A stretch of DNA of 57,484 bases, filler included, from Sluysia triapertura (Eukaryota): NCBI GenBank assembly GCA_046118255.1. It is 4 parts of 4 records of this genome, joined end to end, with 100 filler letters (N's around TTAATTAATTAA, not from the genome) between each part and the next. Parts side by side here need not be neighbours in the genome. Positions count along the whole stretch, not along the records: positions 39,630 to 57,484 come from JBJNIA010184501.1; 3 more parts are not named here. The stretch is one strand, 5' to 3'. The translations under genes were made by a program, and so were the position numbers. This document shows positions 39,961 through 51,360 of the stretch, piece after piece. Under the pieces are notes generated by a model that was given only the letters and a program-made list of their open reading frames with translations, did not search any database and was not told where the DNA came from. The first letter of the stretch is position 1, and each line of letters starts with the position of its first letter.

Positions 39961-41960
39961 ATGTCAAATTTTGAAAAATGTGATGTAGAATTCGGAAACT
40001 AATCTTATATTAAGATCATTAAAAATAAAGTTTGTCTTGAGTTGTGTAATTTAATTTAGAGTTTAGCAGTTAAGAGATTAAAAAGCTCAATTACAACCAT
40101 AAAATCTCAAGTATCGACTAAGAGCATTATTATTAATTAAAATTAAGTGACTAAAGGTAATCAAACAATAAATTGAAATAAAACACAGGCCCGAGTTATC
40201 TCACATTACAATAAATTTACTACAATTATTATTATGTACTAATGAAGATTAGAAGCAACCTACATGTAGGTAAATGCCAAAGAGAAAAAGAAAAGCATTG
40301 TTTATCTACAAGATTTGCATTATCAACGTAACAAAATAGTTAAACGTAATAAAATATTAAATAATCTAATCTTTAAAAGTTGAAACATGATTTAAAACAA
40401 AATATTAGTACAGTGAAACATTAACAAAGTTTGTATTTGATATTTGAATTTAATATTGTTTTAAAATGAAACAGACGTTAAAATGAGCAAGTACCGCACA
40501 TACAATTTGTAATTTAGATTTCACATTATTACAAAATTGATAAATTTGGCAATCAATCTGGTATCAATTACAATGAGTAATTTATGTTAAATGTCTAAAT
40601 TAATCATCATCATCTTCATCATTTAAATATTATTTTATAGTATTAAATTTAAGACACTAATGATGACGATGATTCAACGGCAATGATTAATATAAATCAC
40701 ATCATTAGAAAAATGATATCAAGTACACAATTTTAGTAGTAAATAGGAATAAATAATAATAATAATAAAGAAATTTAATGCAGCATTTTCTTCCCTTACG
40801 TAGCAATATTTTGACAGATTATATTATAGTTATAAATCTTTTAAATATTTTTCATGCTGGATTCAAAAAACGAGTCATTGAGCAGGTAATTTAACTTTTA
40901 TATCATTGATATTTTGTGCACCAAATAATGTGTAACACAATTTATAATATAGAAACCTCAATTTCTAATTTACACTAATCCATGTGGCATCAACATTGCG
41001 AGAATAAACTTGTATTCTCACGTTAATACGTGTTTAGTTGATAATAAAAGTGTTTGCGCTTATGCTATATTTAATTATGAATTATTGTCCAATGTAAAAC
41101 TCTAGCATCCTGTCTAGTGGTGTCTAGTTCTTCAACATGTGAAATAAACATACACACTTTTATTTTAATAAATATAAAAATAATCATTAAATAATCCTAA
41201 AAACAGATGTTATTGATTAATTCGTAAAACTTATAATTAGTAAATCATTAAGATTAATAAAATATGAATCTTAAATGAAAAATATTTGTTGTTTAAGAAT
41301 TATTAAAGAATTTTCATAATACTGTCCCCAAAACAAGCTGAAATTGCTCTTTATGAAAATGCACATCGAGTATATTTTCAAGATATTCGTATTTCGAAGT
41401 ATATTTTAAACTCTTGCTTACTTTAGCAACCTTAAAGAACCCGAAAGGTAAAGTTCAAAAATAACTTAGTTTCAACAAATACGACATCTCTTAAATTCCA
41501 CGAGGGTTTGACAGATAGCCTGCAGATCATTGTTTCTTTTTTAATACAAGAATTCATATGAATATTCGGCGGTTCGAATTACCAACTTATATGTACCGAT
41601 ATATTTTGATGAAGTTGGTAATAATTCCTCAATTAATGTAATCTTAATTTGAAAATTTTAAGAAAATACACTGATTACCAATAAAAGCAAGAATTTTTTT
41701 TCAAATTCATTAATGTTACTGAAATTCTAAATAGCTAAACCTAAATTATTGTTTAAAATATAACAATTTATGTAGCATAAGTTGTCGGTTAGGTAATATT
41801 TATGTTTCGAATATATACAATCAGCTACCACAAACCGTCAAATTATTGGCCGATTATGAAGTATTAATAAAAACAAAATAAAATGAAGATTGTTATACTT
41901 AACTGATGTTGAGTAGTTATTTCAAAGTATATTTTAATGCTAAAATTTATATATACAAAC

Positions 41961-42285
41961 CTTTAATAAATCACTAGCTGACCACCGTTTGTCTACATCG
42001 ACTTCTAAACAACAATCTAAAAATTCTTTAAATTCAGAACTAATGTTGTCTTGTTCTTTTACTTCTGGTTTACCGTTAGTTGCAATTAAATAAAGTGCTT
42101 TTAATGGATTTTCATTTAAATAAGGCGGTTCCCCATCTAACATTTCCAGTGCCATAATACCTAATGACCATATATCGACTTTGGGACCATATTGTTTTTT
42201 ACTAACAACTTCTGGTGCCATCCAATACGGTGTTCCAACCATTGTGGTTCGTTTCGTACTATCATTGGCCAGCTGAGCACAAAAT
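41961..42285 (-). CDS. PAK1: Group I PAK kinase exon, subdomains VII-XI
   Basis: Acceptor tttcAG|A TTT TGT GCT CAG. Encodes [33 protein letters not shown] and [23 protein letters not shown]. Likely donor AAG|GTTTGT after SDLLK. Confidence 0.95.
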
Positions 42286-42761
42286 CTGAAAGACAGTTTT
42301 ACTATTAATCTGTATCTATCATTCCACATTAAATATTATTCTCAATATAGCACATCGTTCAATCTAATAACCCCATAAAATACTTATTTAAAAAGTACTG
42401 CTGAAAATTGTATTGTGTATTAAAAGTAATGAATTAAAATCAACTATCTGAATGAAAATTTATAAAATCAAGCCCATTTTCCCCATACAATTCGCGATAA
42501 ATTTTGAAAATTATATTTATTTAGAAAAATAGGTTATTATCTAAAATGATACATTGTGATTTACAAAGATAAAGTACTAATGATAAAGTATTAATAAATG
42601 TACTGTTAAAAAATAGTTGACAATTTTCTTCTTTAATTATTTTATTTATTATTTAATTTTAAATAATTAGTAAATGTTTTATTTTTAAGTAATTTTATAT
42701 CAAACTAGTACAATCTCTTTGAAACTGTTCAGTTCGACATTTCTGTGAAAACTTTTATAAT

Positions 42762-43161
42762 TAGGGCTGCTCCCGGTGCACCGGATAAATTTTCTGCACC
42801 GGTTTTTGATTTAGGTGCACCTGATTTTATCTTATGAACATGATCAATAAATAAATGGCAGTATAATGGTCTTAAAAATCATGAATTTTCATTACCTTTC
42901 TTGAGTGTTTTTTGAAATAAAATTCTAGAATATTTACAATAAATTTCTAATTGGGAAGTCATTGCTTTATAATACAAAACATGTCTCATTTTGGAATAAT
43001 AGTGGTTCGAAATTCATAACGTTACGTTGTAATTTCATTCTTGTTTTTATTGTATTATATTTAACTGAATGCATTATTATTAAATCAGTGGGAGTTTAAT
43101 TATTGAGTAGGATTGTTCCAGGGGCACCGGTGCAGGAAAGTCCTTCGAAGTCCCAGCTCTA
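42762..43161. mobile_element. 400-bp hAT-type MITE in PAK intron
   Basis: Ends TAGGGCTG...CAGCTCTA. 8-bp TSD TTTATAAT/ATTATAAT (7/8). GCACCGG/GTGCAC motifs cluster subterminally at both ends. Confidence 0.75.
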
Positions 43162-43671
43162 ATTATAATGTTTACAATAACGATCAAATATATAATGAAT
43201 AGGCCAGAAACTATTTTAATAAAATGGTAATTCAGTAGTAACCACTTGATCATTTTAAAATAGTTATCGTCTTATATGGTTCAATATTCCTTTAAATTTC
43301 TTGATTTCACACAGTTATAATTAATTTTATTCTGAATAAATTTTTCTATTAAGACAAAGTATAATTATAATTCACCTGAATCGATTTTTCAAAATTAGTG
43401 TTTACGAGATTGACATATTACTCATGATTATTCATGCAATAGTACAGTTGTTATAAATAATTACAAAATCTATATAGTTGTGAATAAATGGTACTGGAAT
43501 AAATAAATCAATGGAAGTCATAAGATAATTACGAAATTAATAATTGTTCATAATGACTATTGATCTTTGTTACGCAATAATTGTTACTTTGTTTTCAATA
43601 CAATAAGTTAAGATAATGGTTCTGAACATTGACATTAAATGAAATTATGAATATAATCAGTGTTGTTTTTA

Positions 43672-43792
43672 TGAATGCCAAGGGGGTCACCGGTGACTGG
43701 CGAAACTAAGATTATTAGAAACAAATACTGAGAAATTCATTTTGACCAGACTGCCAAGCCATGTCACATTAGCGTGGCATTCAGCGTGTTAA
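43672..43792. mobile_element. Degraded piggyBac-type MITE
   Basis: Inverted TGAATGCCA / TGGCATTCA. Right end ...CAGCGTG|TTAA. Internal palindrome GTCACCGGTGAC. Left TTAA is lost. Confidence 0.5.
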
Positions 43793-46441
43793 CTATACCA
43801 TCTTCATTTTGAATATTGTTTTAGATTGAACTACTTTTAAAGTATTGATTATTGATCAATACTGATAGATCGAAAAATAATTTGTTTAGCAAATGGTTTC
43901 CACATTTTACTAGCCAAAACAAAACTAGATTTAATACGGCCGATGACCATAATATAAAAAAATAAGTGATTCGAAACTTGAAAAAGTTAATATTTTTAAT
44001 TTAAAATTAAGATCAGAAAATTATTTAATTCAATATTAAGTATAATTTTCTATGTATTATAGAAACACTGGATAAATTTATTCGTGGCATTTTTGAGCTG
44101 TAATTAAAGTTAACTTTGAACTATCATTTTATCAAGAAAATATTACTAAGTCTACAGAAATTGAAATAGAAGTGATATAAAAACCTATTGGAATTAATTA
44201 ATAAGAAATCTAAATACTAAGATTATCTAAGTAAGTATTACTTCAATAATGTAAACACTGAAATATTTATAAGGTTATTCTTAAGATCGATCAAATATCA
44301 CACAATATCCGATTATGTAATAAAATATAATCTTACATTTGGCATTCATTCAAATCAATCTTGTAAAAATAAATAAATGTCTTAGGTATTGTAAAAGAAT
44401 ATCTTATTAATTTTAAAAGAAAACTCTTAAAAATTCAGAAATAAAAAATTAAGCCAAACTGAATGCGAAGAATTAATATTTTTACATAGTTCAAATTGAA
44501 AGAATAATAGCCTGATGTCATTTCATTTGGTTTGAAATAATTATTCAAATTGGAAACTATTGAAGTAGTCATTATTAGATCCTAATTAGTTGATTTGTCT
44601 AAGTATAATTAAGTAAAATTAATAAAGCAAGTATATGCGATACTTTTTAATTGTTCATCAACCTTTTAACGTGTTTGAATAACATCTTTAGTGCACAGTA
44701 TTGAAAAATTTAACTTATTTCATTTCTATCTCTTATATTAGAGACAAGTTAGAATTAATTCCTGTGATTTAAAGATTAATCATAAACCTATTCGAAATAG
44801 AAACTCTAGTAATCTTGCTAGAATAAAATTATTAGCAATAAATATTAATAAAAACTGAAATATCCTGGTCATCTAAATAACTTAAAATAAAGAAATACAC
44901 TTGATTTAAGAAGCACAAAACAAAAATAGTATGAAAGAGAAACTTGCCAAATTGAATTAGTATGTAGCGAAGATTGCGATTGAATTGGAGGCACCGTAAG
45001 AATGAAAACGTACGATTTTATTAAATGCTCACCAAATAAATTATAAATAAATAAAATATTATAAAAAAAATTTAATTAATATGCAGATGAAAAGGACTAT
45101 GCCATCATTATAAAGCATATATAAATCATTTATGTGATGCTAACTACATAAAGAAAAGGTCATATAGTAGAAATTATAGAATGGAATTGAAGAATTTATT
45201 GGCCCCAGTAAAATATCGGTGGAGTTTTTGACTAAATGTTGCTAGTCAATTTTTAATGTTCGTTTTATTATATCTGGTACGTGAATTGGTTACGCTTGGA
45301 TTTGAAATTAATTTGAACATTATGACATGATTTGAATTAGTTGAACTTAATTTGGACATTTTATATCGAACACTAAAATGCACAACAAGTACTGTAACTA
45401 AAATCAAAATCCATGAAATATGATTATACAATTTCATCATCAAAATAACATTTGACATCAAAATAAAATATCTCCGTTGAAACTTTGTTTTTCGAATCTG
45501 ATAGGGAAACATTTCTATAATGTACCATATTTAATTCTTTAATGAAACCATTCTTCAACTGCTTTATTTAACATAAGTTGCACTTTTTTTGTAATTTCAA
45601 AGGATTATGTAAAGTTTCGTTCATCTACACTTTCTTCGATAGCTCAATCATCGATTCGAACATATTTAAAATCATTGTTTAATGATTAACAAACCAAAAT
45701 TTCGAGTCCTCACCTTAAAGTTGAAATGAAATATCATGATCACTTGAAGCGCGCCAAATATTTAATTTGTACTATTACAATCTCATTATTTCAAATGCTT
45801 GAGTTGAATTTTAAAATTCTCAAATGTAATTTTAAAATTTTTCGTGTGAAATTTTAAAAAACAATAAAATTATTGTATTAATAATAAAATACCAAAATAC
45901 CTCCATTCCGTAATAAATAAGCCATTTAGCAGGTATTGTTACATTAAGGAAAATAAGCATAATTTTATTGTTTTTAATATACAACTATATTCTATATTTT
46001 TGTTTAAAAATGTTATTAAAAATGTTAATCAGCATTACTTACAAGTAGTAAATGAGAATGGAAAAACCTTAATACATTTTAAATTCATTAATGGGTCATT
46101 TAGTTTGGAATATAGGTAGTTTTTTAATAAAGAATAATGACAAACATAAAGCGTTATTTAATATTGAAGTAAACAATGTGTACACTGGTACAGGATTACA
46201 AACTCATGTTTATAAATAATCTATAATAGATTAATTTATAACTTGGCATATTACTTGATTTGGAATCGCACATTTGGATGAGTAATATTGGAGATTTCAG
46301 AAACTAATTAAAATTAAAAAATTGAAAATTTGTGAATCAGGCGGCTATACACAATTATATTTGAAAGTTTTTTAAGGAGAAAATGAAGAAAATTTGAATT
46401 AGAATTTAATATAGAAGTTTGCATATTAAAATAATACATAC

Positions 46442-46867
46442 CCAAAATCAGTTAACTTCACTTGACCATCACGACCCAATAAAATATTATCTGATTTAAT
46501 ATCTCTATGAATTACTGAACGAGCATGTAAAAATTCCAATGCTCTTAATGTTTCCCTAGCAACACATGAGATCTGATTTTCTTGCATAAATGCTTCAGTA
46601 ACCACATCAGTCAATGAACCACCATCTAAATATTCCATAACAACCCACAATTCGCGATCATTATCAACCAAAAAACTATCCATGTAATTAACAATATTAG
46701 GGTGTCGATGTGCACGCATAACTAAAATTTCATTAACGATCAATTCTTTTTTGGGTTGACTGGCCAATGTCATTTGTTTGATGGCCACTAAATGGTTAGT
46801 TTCTCTATCTCGACCACAACATACTACACCACTAGCACCTTGACCGATCTTTTCTGTCATTTCGTAT
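46442..46867 (-). CDS. PAK1: Group I PAK kinase exon, subdomains I-VII
   Basis: Acceptor tttatAG|A TAC GAA ATG. Encodes [40 protein letters not shown] and KLTDFG. Donor TTT GG|GTATGT is phase 2 and completes Gly with the first A of the next exon. Confidence 0.95.
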
Positions 46868-46884
46868 CTATAAATATACAATTA

Positions 46885-46887
<3 letters not shown>

Positions 46888-46925
<38 letters not shown>

Positions 46926-46937
46926 GTAATAATAATA
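46888..46937. repeat. (AAT)n microsatellite next to a PAK splice acceptor
   Basis: Trinucleotide run. Confidence 0.9.
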
Positions 46938-46960
46938 TTGGTTCATTCAAAGTTAGTTAA

Positions 46961-47021
46961 CCCTTTCGGTACGATCGGTACAATCGACAACCATAAGCCA
47001 CTGAATATCGTCCCGAAAGGG
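46961..47021. mobile_element. 61-bp piggyBac-type mini-element in PAK intron
   Basis: TTAA|CCCTTTCGGTACGAT ... ATCGTCCCGAAAGGG|ATAA: 14/15 TIR with canonical CCC/GGG termini; TSD TTAA/ATAA. Confidence 0.8.
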
Positions 47022-47516
47022 ATAAAGTATTATGAAACTTGTAAAGTTATGTGAAATGTGAAATTTCATTTTTCTAAATTATTCTCGATTTGCTTTTTCT
47101 TTTAAATTAGTTATTCAATCCTACACCTAAGTCTTAAGCCATATATTGGGACATGTTAAATTCTTTATATGACTTCTGAAAATAAAATCAGTTTCCTCCA
47201 AGCATTCGAATGCGCATGGCAATATATATCTATTTAATTGGTTTTAATGTACAATAAAAAAATACTTTAAAAAACACGCGAACAAATTTCGTCAACGAAT
47301 TTTTACAAGTTTCATATGTAAACTTTTCTATCACTAAACAGGTTAAAGTCCATAGAGGTCAAGTTCGGACTTATTGTGAATTATTAAGTCAAACCCGAAC
47401 AGACTTTTATTTTTATATTATTTTACTTTTTTTGTAAATGAATTGATAGAGTTAATTTAATTTTTTTGAAAATTTATTTTATAATTTATAATATAAAATA
47501 ATCTAATAAATCAAAC

Positions 47517-48088
47517 CTTTGTAAAGGATCACCTTCTGAGATCACTTTTTTCAATCGTTCTATAATTTCCTTATCACTAATTTTAGGTTGCTTGTGCCTT
47601 GTACGTGTCCCTGTACTACTGCTACTGCTATTGTTTTTGAAATTTATTGCATTATTCGCAGAATTGTTTAAATGATTGTGACCAACCGTCTGAGTTATAT
47701 CTACATTATTACCTTGTTGTTTAGCTTCCGCTTTTGTAACTACACTGTTTCCACCCACAGAAGATATTGGTGAAATATCCATGGCTACGCCTTCATCAGT
47801 TTCATTACTATTGGCTCTACCGTTATTGTTTTGTGGTAGTTTAGGAACTGTATTTGAATGATTTGTTGCTAAGGGAGAACATGGTTTTGTATTGTTGTTA
47901 CTGTGAACATGGGGAGTTAGTGACCCTACAGTTTCATTTTCACTAGACACAGAATCTTGCGGTTGATCAAACGGTCCCGGTAATTTGATGTCCTCATTGG
48001 AATATCTACCTGGCCGTTCATTGGTGCTGTAGGGACTACCATTTATAGGTGTATCATCGGCAACATCATCATGAATTGATAAACTTGT
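47517..48088 (-). CDS. PAK1: Group I PAK kinase, internal exon (Asn/Ser-rich linker up to the start of the kinase domain, ...ISDKEIIERLKKVISEGDPLQR)
   Basis: Acceptor ttacAG|ACA at 48088 (phase 0). The frame is open throughout. It ends CAA AG|GTTTGA at 47517 (phase 2) and joins the next exon as AG+A = Arg. The end matches the group I PAK motif '(M)SDEEI.E.L+.IVS.GDP..+Y'. The paralog (PAK1/2/3-like) cannot be resolved. Confidence 0.85.
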
Positions 48089-49510
48089 CTGTAATCAATA
48101 TTAAAGTCATTTTAATACTTTAAAATCAATTAAGTGATTTATAAATTATTTAATAAATGTCGGATGTATTTCTATTTTAAATACAAATTGTTAATTTGGC
48201 ACAGATGCTTTTTAAATAAACATTGATCAACACATTTTACGAATCAAATGAACTGAAATCATGGTTTAATAACAATCGATTCCCAGTTCTATAGAAAATT
48301 GATGTAAGGCGTTTTCATATGGTTTCTTCGCTAATTGGATGTAGGTTTTAAAGAACATGCTGTAAACATATTATGTTCGAGTATTTCAATTGAAATAAGC
48401 GATAATAATTATCATGATTAATGTTAACTATACACCTAAGGTAATTTCAACAAAAACATATGAATTCTCACTTATTAAAACTAAAAGCTGCATTAAATAA
48501 AGATTTTTTATACAATAAATAAAAATGAACTATTTAAGCACATGTTTTCTTAAAAACAAGACATTACTGATTTTGGTTCAACATTTTGATAAGCCATCTT
48601 ATTATAAAAGTTACTCGAAAACCATAAACGAATTCTTGTTTTTTACATTCAACTATCTAATTCACAATAAAATACTCTGAGAATAAGCCATCACGTTGAT
48701 TTTTGTTCCACTTTTTATTATTTTCAGGAAACAATAAATATAAAAATATTTCATTTAAAACATCAAAATTATAATAATTAAGTCATTATTACTTATAATT
48801 CAAAAAATAGTCGTCTAATTAAACAATCAAAATCTGGAACAATAATGACAGTGAAAACAATAGAGACACATATCGTATTAAATTTCTTTTAATGTATCAT
48901 CTAATTGGCGACACTTGATAAATATATATAATTATAAAGTAATAGTTATTATATTTTACATATTTTTAAACATTGTAATTGAAATAAATACCTATAGAAT
49001 TAATCAAGGAAAATTATATAAAAAGCTTATTTAGATAATTATTCACTACACATCCATTATCTTCAATGGCGCATATGCTTTTTGGAGGCATTTGTCAGAG
49101 AAACTTTCATTATACATTTAGATGAGTGATAAATCTTAACTTTAGAGTGGATGATTTCGTCGAAAAGGTAGTTCTAGAGTGAGATACTCAGAATGGTGCA
49201 ATGTTACAATTCATAAAAATGAAAAATCTATTTTCGTGTAACTTTTCACATCTATCATCGTCTATAAGATTTTCTTAAATAACTTCCAATTCATGAATCA
49301 AGAGATACATTGTGTATCCCGATGACAAATCCTAAGCACATATCTTTTGGATCTTTATCGGTAAAATCGATAACTAATTTTTCTATAAAATTGATTATTT
49401 TTAATAAAAAAATATTAAAACATTTGACACTATATTGCCAGGTAATGTTTGAATGGATCATTTATTGATTATTAAATATCTGATTCAACATCCTATTGAA
49501 TACCGAAGCG

Positions 49511-49725
49511 TGATAATAATAATATATTAATTTATATTGCGCTCATATCTACTGCGTAAAATACTCAAAAGCGCTTAAAATAAATCATTCACTATAATAT
49601 TTCTGAAACAGAAATAACTTTGCCTTTTTCTCTGATAACTGGTTGTATATTTTTGAGACATAAACGGTATACAACCGATCACCTGGCTTGTATAGATCAT
49701 CATGCTTCAATGAAATATTCATCTT
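49511..49725 (-). mobile_element. L2/CR1-group LINE 3' end fragment
   Basis: Homologous to 4824-5125 and 34535-34670. Minus-strand tail ttaagcgcttttgagtattttacgcagtagatatgagcgcaatataaattaatatattattatt. Confidence 0.75.
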
Positions 49726-51169
49726 GCTAATTTTCGTAATTTTTGTTTTACACCAAGAGTAAACAAATTCTAAAATGAGTAAGATGTATTCATCAGCACA
49801 AGTCATCTGCTTTAACTTGAAGTTACCGAATTCTAAAAGCCTAATTAGCACGTATTGGAAATATTTTTCGAATTATTAGGTAAAAATTGATAATCCATGA
49901 ACAAAATGTATATTTGGTGAAGCTTAGTAACCGCTTTGAATAATTTTTTTGTACAAGGAATTTATACTCATCAAAGCTCGTACAAGCTTTGTTATGTGTA
50001 TAAAAAATCTTCTATATTTACTAATCAAGCTGATCACAGATGCAGAAAAGAGTACTTATTTGAAATATAAATGAAATCATGCTTGGATTAGGATGCAAGA
50101 AGTGCTGATTATCTTAATCGAAAATATCAAAAACGTGGTGTATTTTGACAAGATTTACGATTAAACTAAACTTCAAGAAAATGCATTTATGCGCAAATGA
50201 TTTATGACACATCACTTAACAAATTCTGCTAAAAACTTCGCAATTAATCTATTTTATTAAAAAATAGAGGAAATTCTATGTTTACTAATAATTGGACATA
50301 GTATTTGTTGAAAAAGGATGCGAATGTTTGATAGATTTCATATAATTAGTGCACAATGTTAATGATTTCCTACATTCTATAAAAATATATCATATCCTGT
50401 CAAAAAACAAAAAAAATTTAATAAAATTCAATAGATAAATCACAATTAATTATCTATATTAAAATCAAGATTTAAACTACTCATTTTAACCTTAATAATA
50501 ATGAGTTCAAAAATTCATTTATCGATAAAAATAAAAAAACAAATCTTTCTAAAATGAATCCAAATTTATATGAAAATATAACAAAAATCACATTGTGTTA
50601 TATTTAAATTGTACTTATAAAAAATAGACAATTCACTTTCTTAAATAAATTCAGCATAAAAACCACATTTTGTTTCTCGAAAATTTTACTGACATTATGT
50701 ACAATATATTACACATCGAAAGTGACTCATAACTAAACGAGTCCTACAACAAACATACAAATACAAATGAATTAAATTTACTAATTCAAAAATAGGTATG
50801 TATAAATGTTTTAATAATTAGCATCACATAAATAAATACACACGCAAACGAGTGAGAGAAAGATATAACACAGCAAACTAATTTAAAAAGGACCAATTGT
50901 CATTAAATTATGCTACTATAATTAGAAAAATCTAAAATTAGATTTTAATTTTTAGTTTTAAATTAGTGACTAACATGATCAACAATAATATTTAATTTGT
51001 ACATCATTTTTAGTACAAATACAAAATAGTGGATATATTTAAAATTTTAACATTTTACTGATTATTATCATTAACTCTGAAACATTTAGTCTAGAAATTG
51101 TATAAATTATATTAATTAATATCTTCTATAAAATAAGCAAATCATTCATAATTTTCCAGGAATTTAACA

Positions 51170-51360
51170 TTTTCTGGTATTTGGTTTTGTATTTTTGAAA
51201 CAAACGATACGTAACTTATCACTTCTCTTATCAATGTGTATCCTGTATAAATTGCAAAATCTTAGACATTTTAGTTTCTGCATTTTTATTATTTCCAAGA
51301 GACATTCAGAAGTTCCATTTGTTACATTATTTTTATTGTTTAACAATACAATTCTAATTT
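51170..51360 (-). mobile_element. Diverged L2-clade fragment
   Basis: NGTSECLLEIIK...LRFCNLYRI resembles YGSPENLLEIIK (34.6 kb) and LRYKNLYRI (5.0 kb). Confidence 0.5.

Noticed and set aside
41565-41590. GGTTCGAAT B-box-like motif (similar at about 26765 and 43003)
   Set aside because: No cloverleaf, A-box or acceptor stem; not a tRNA.
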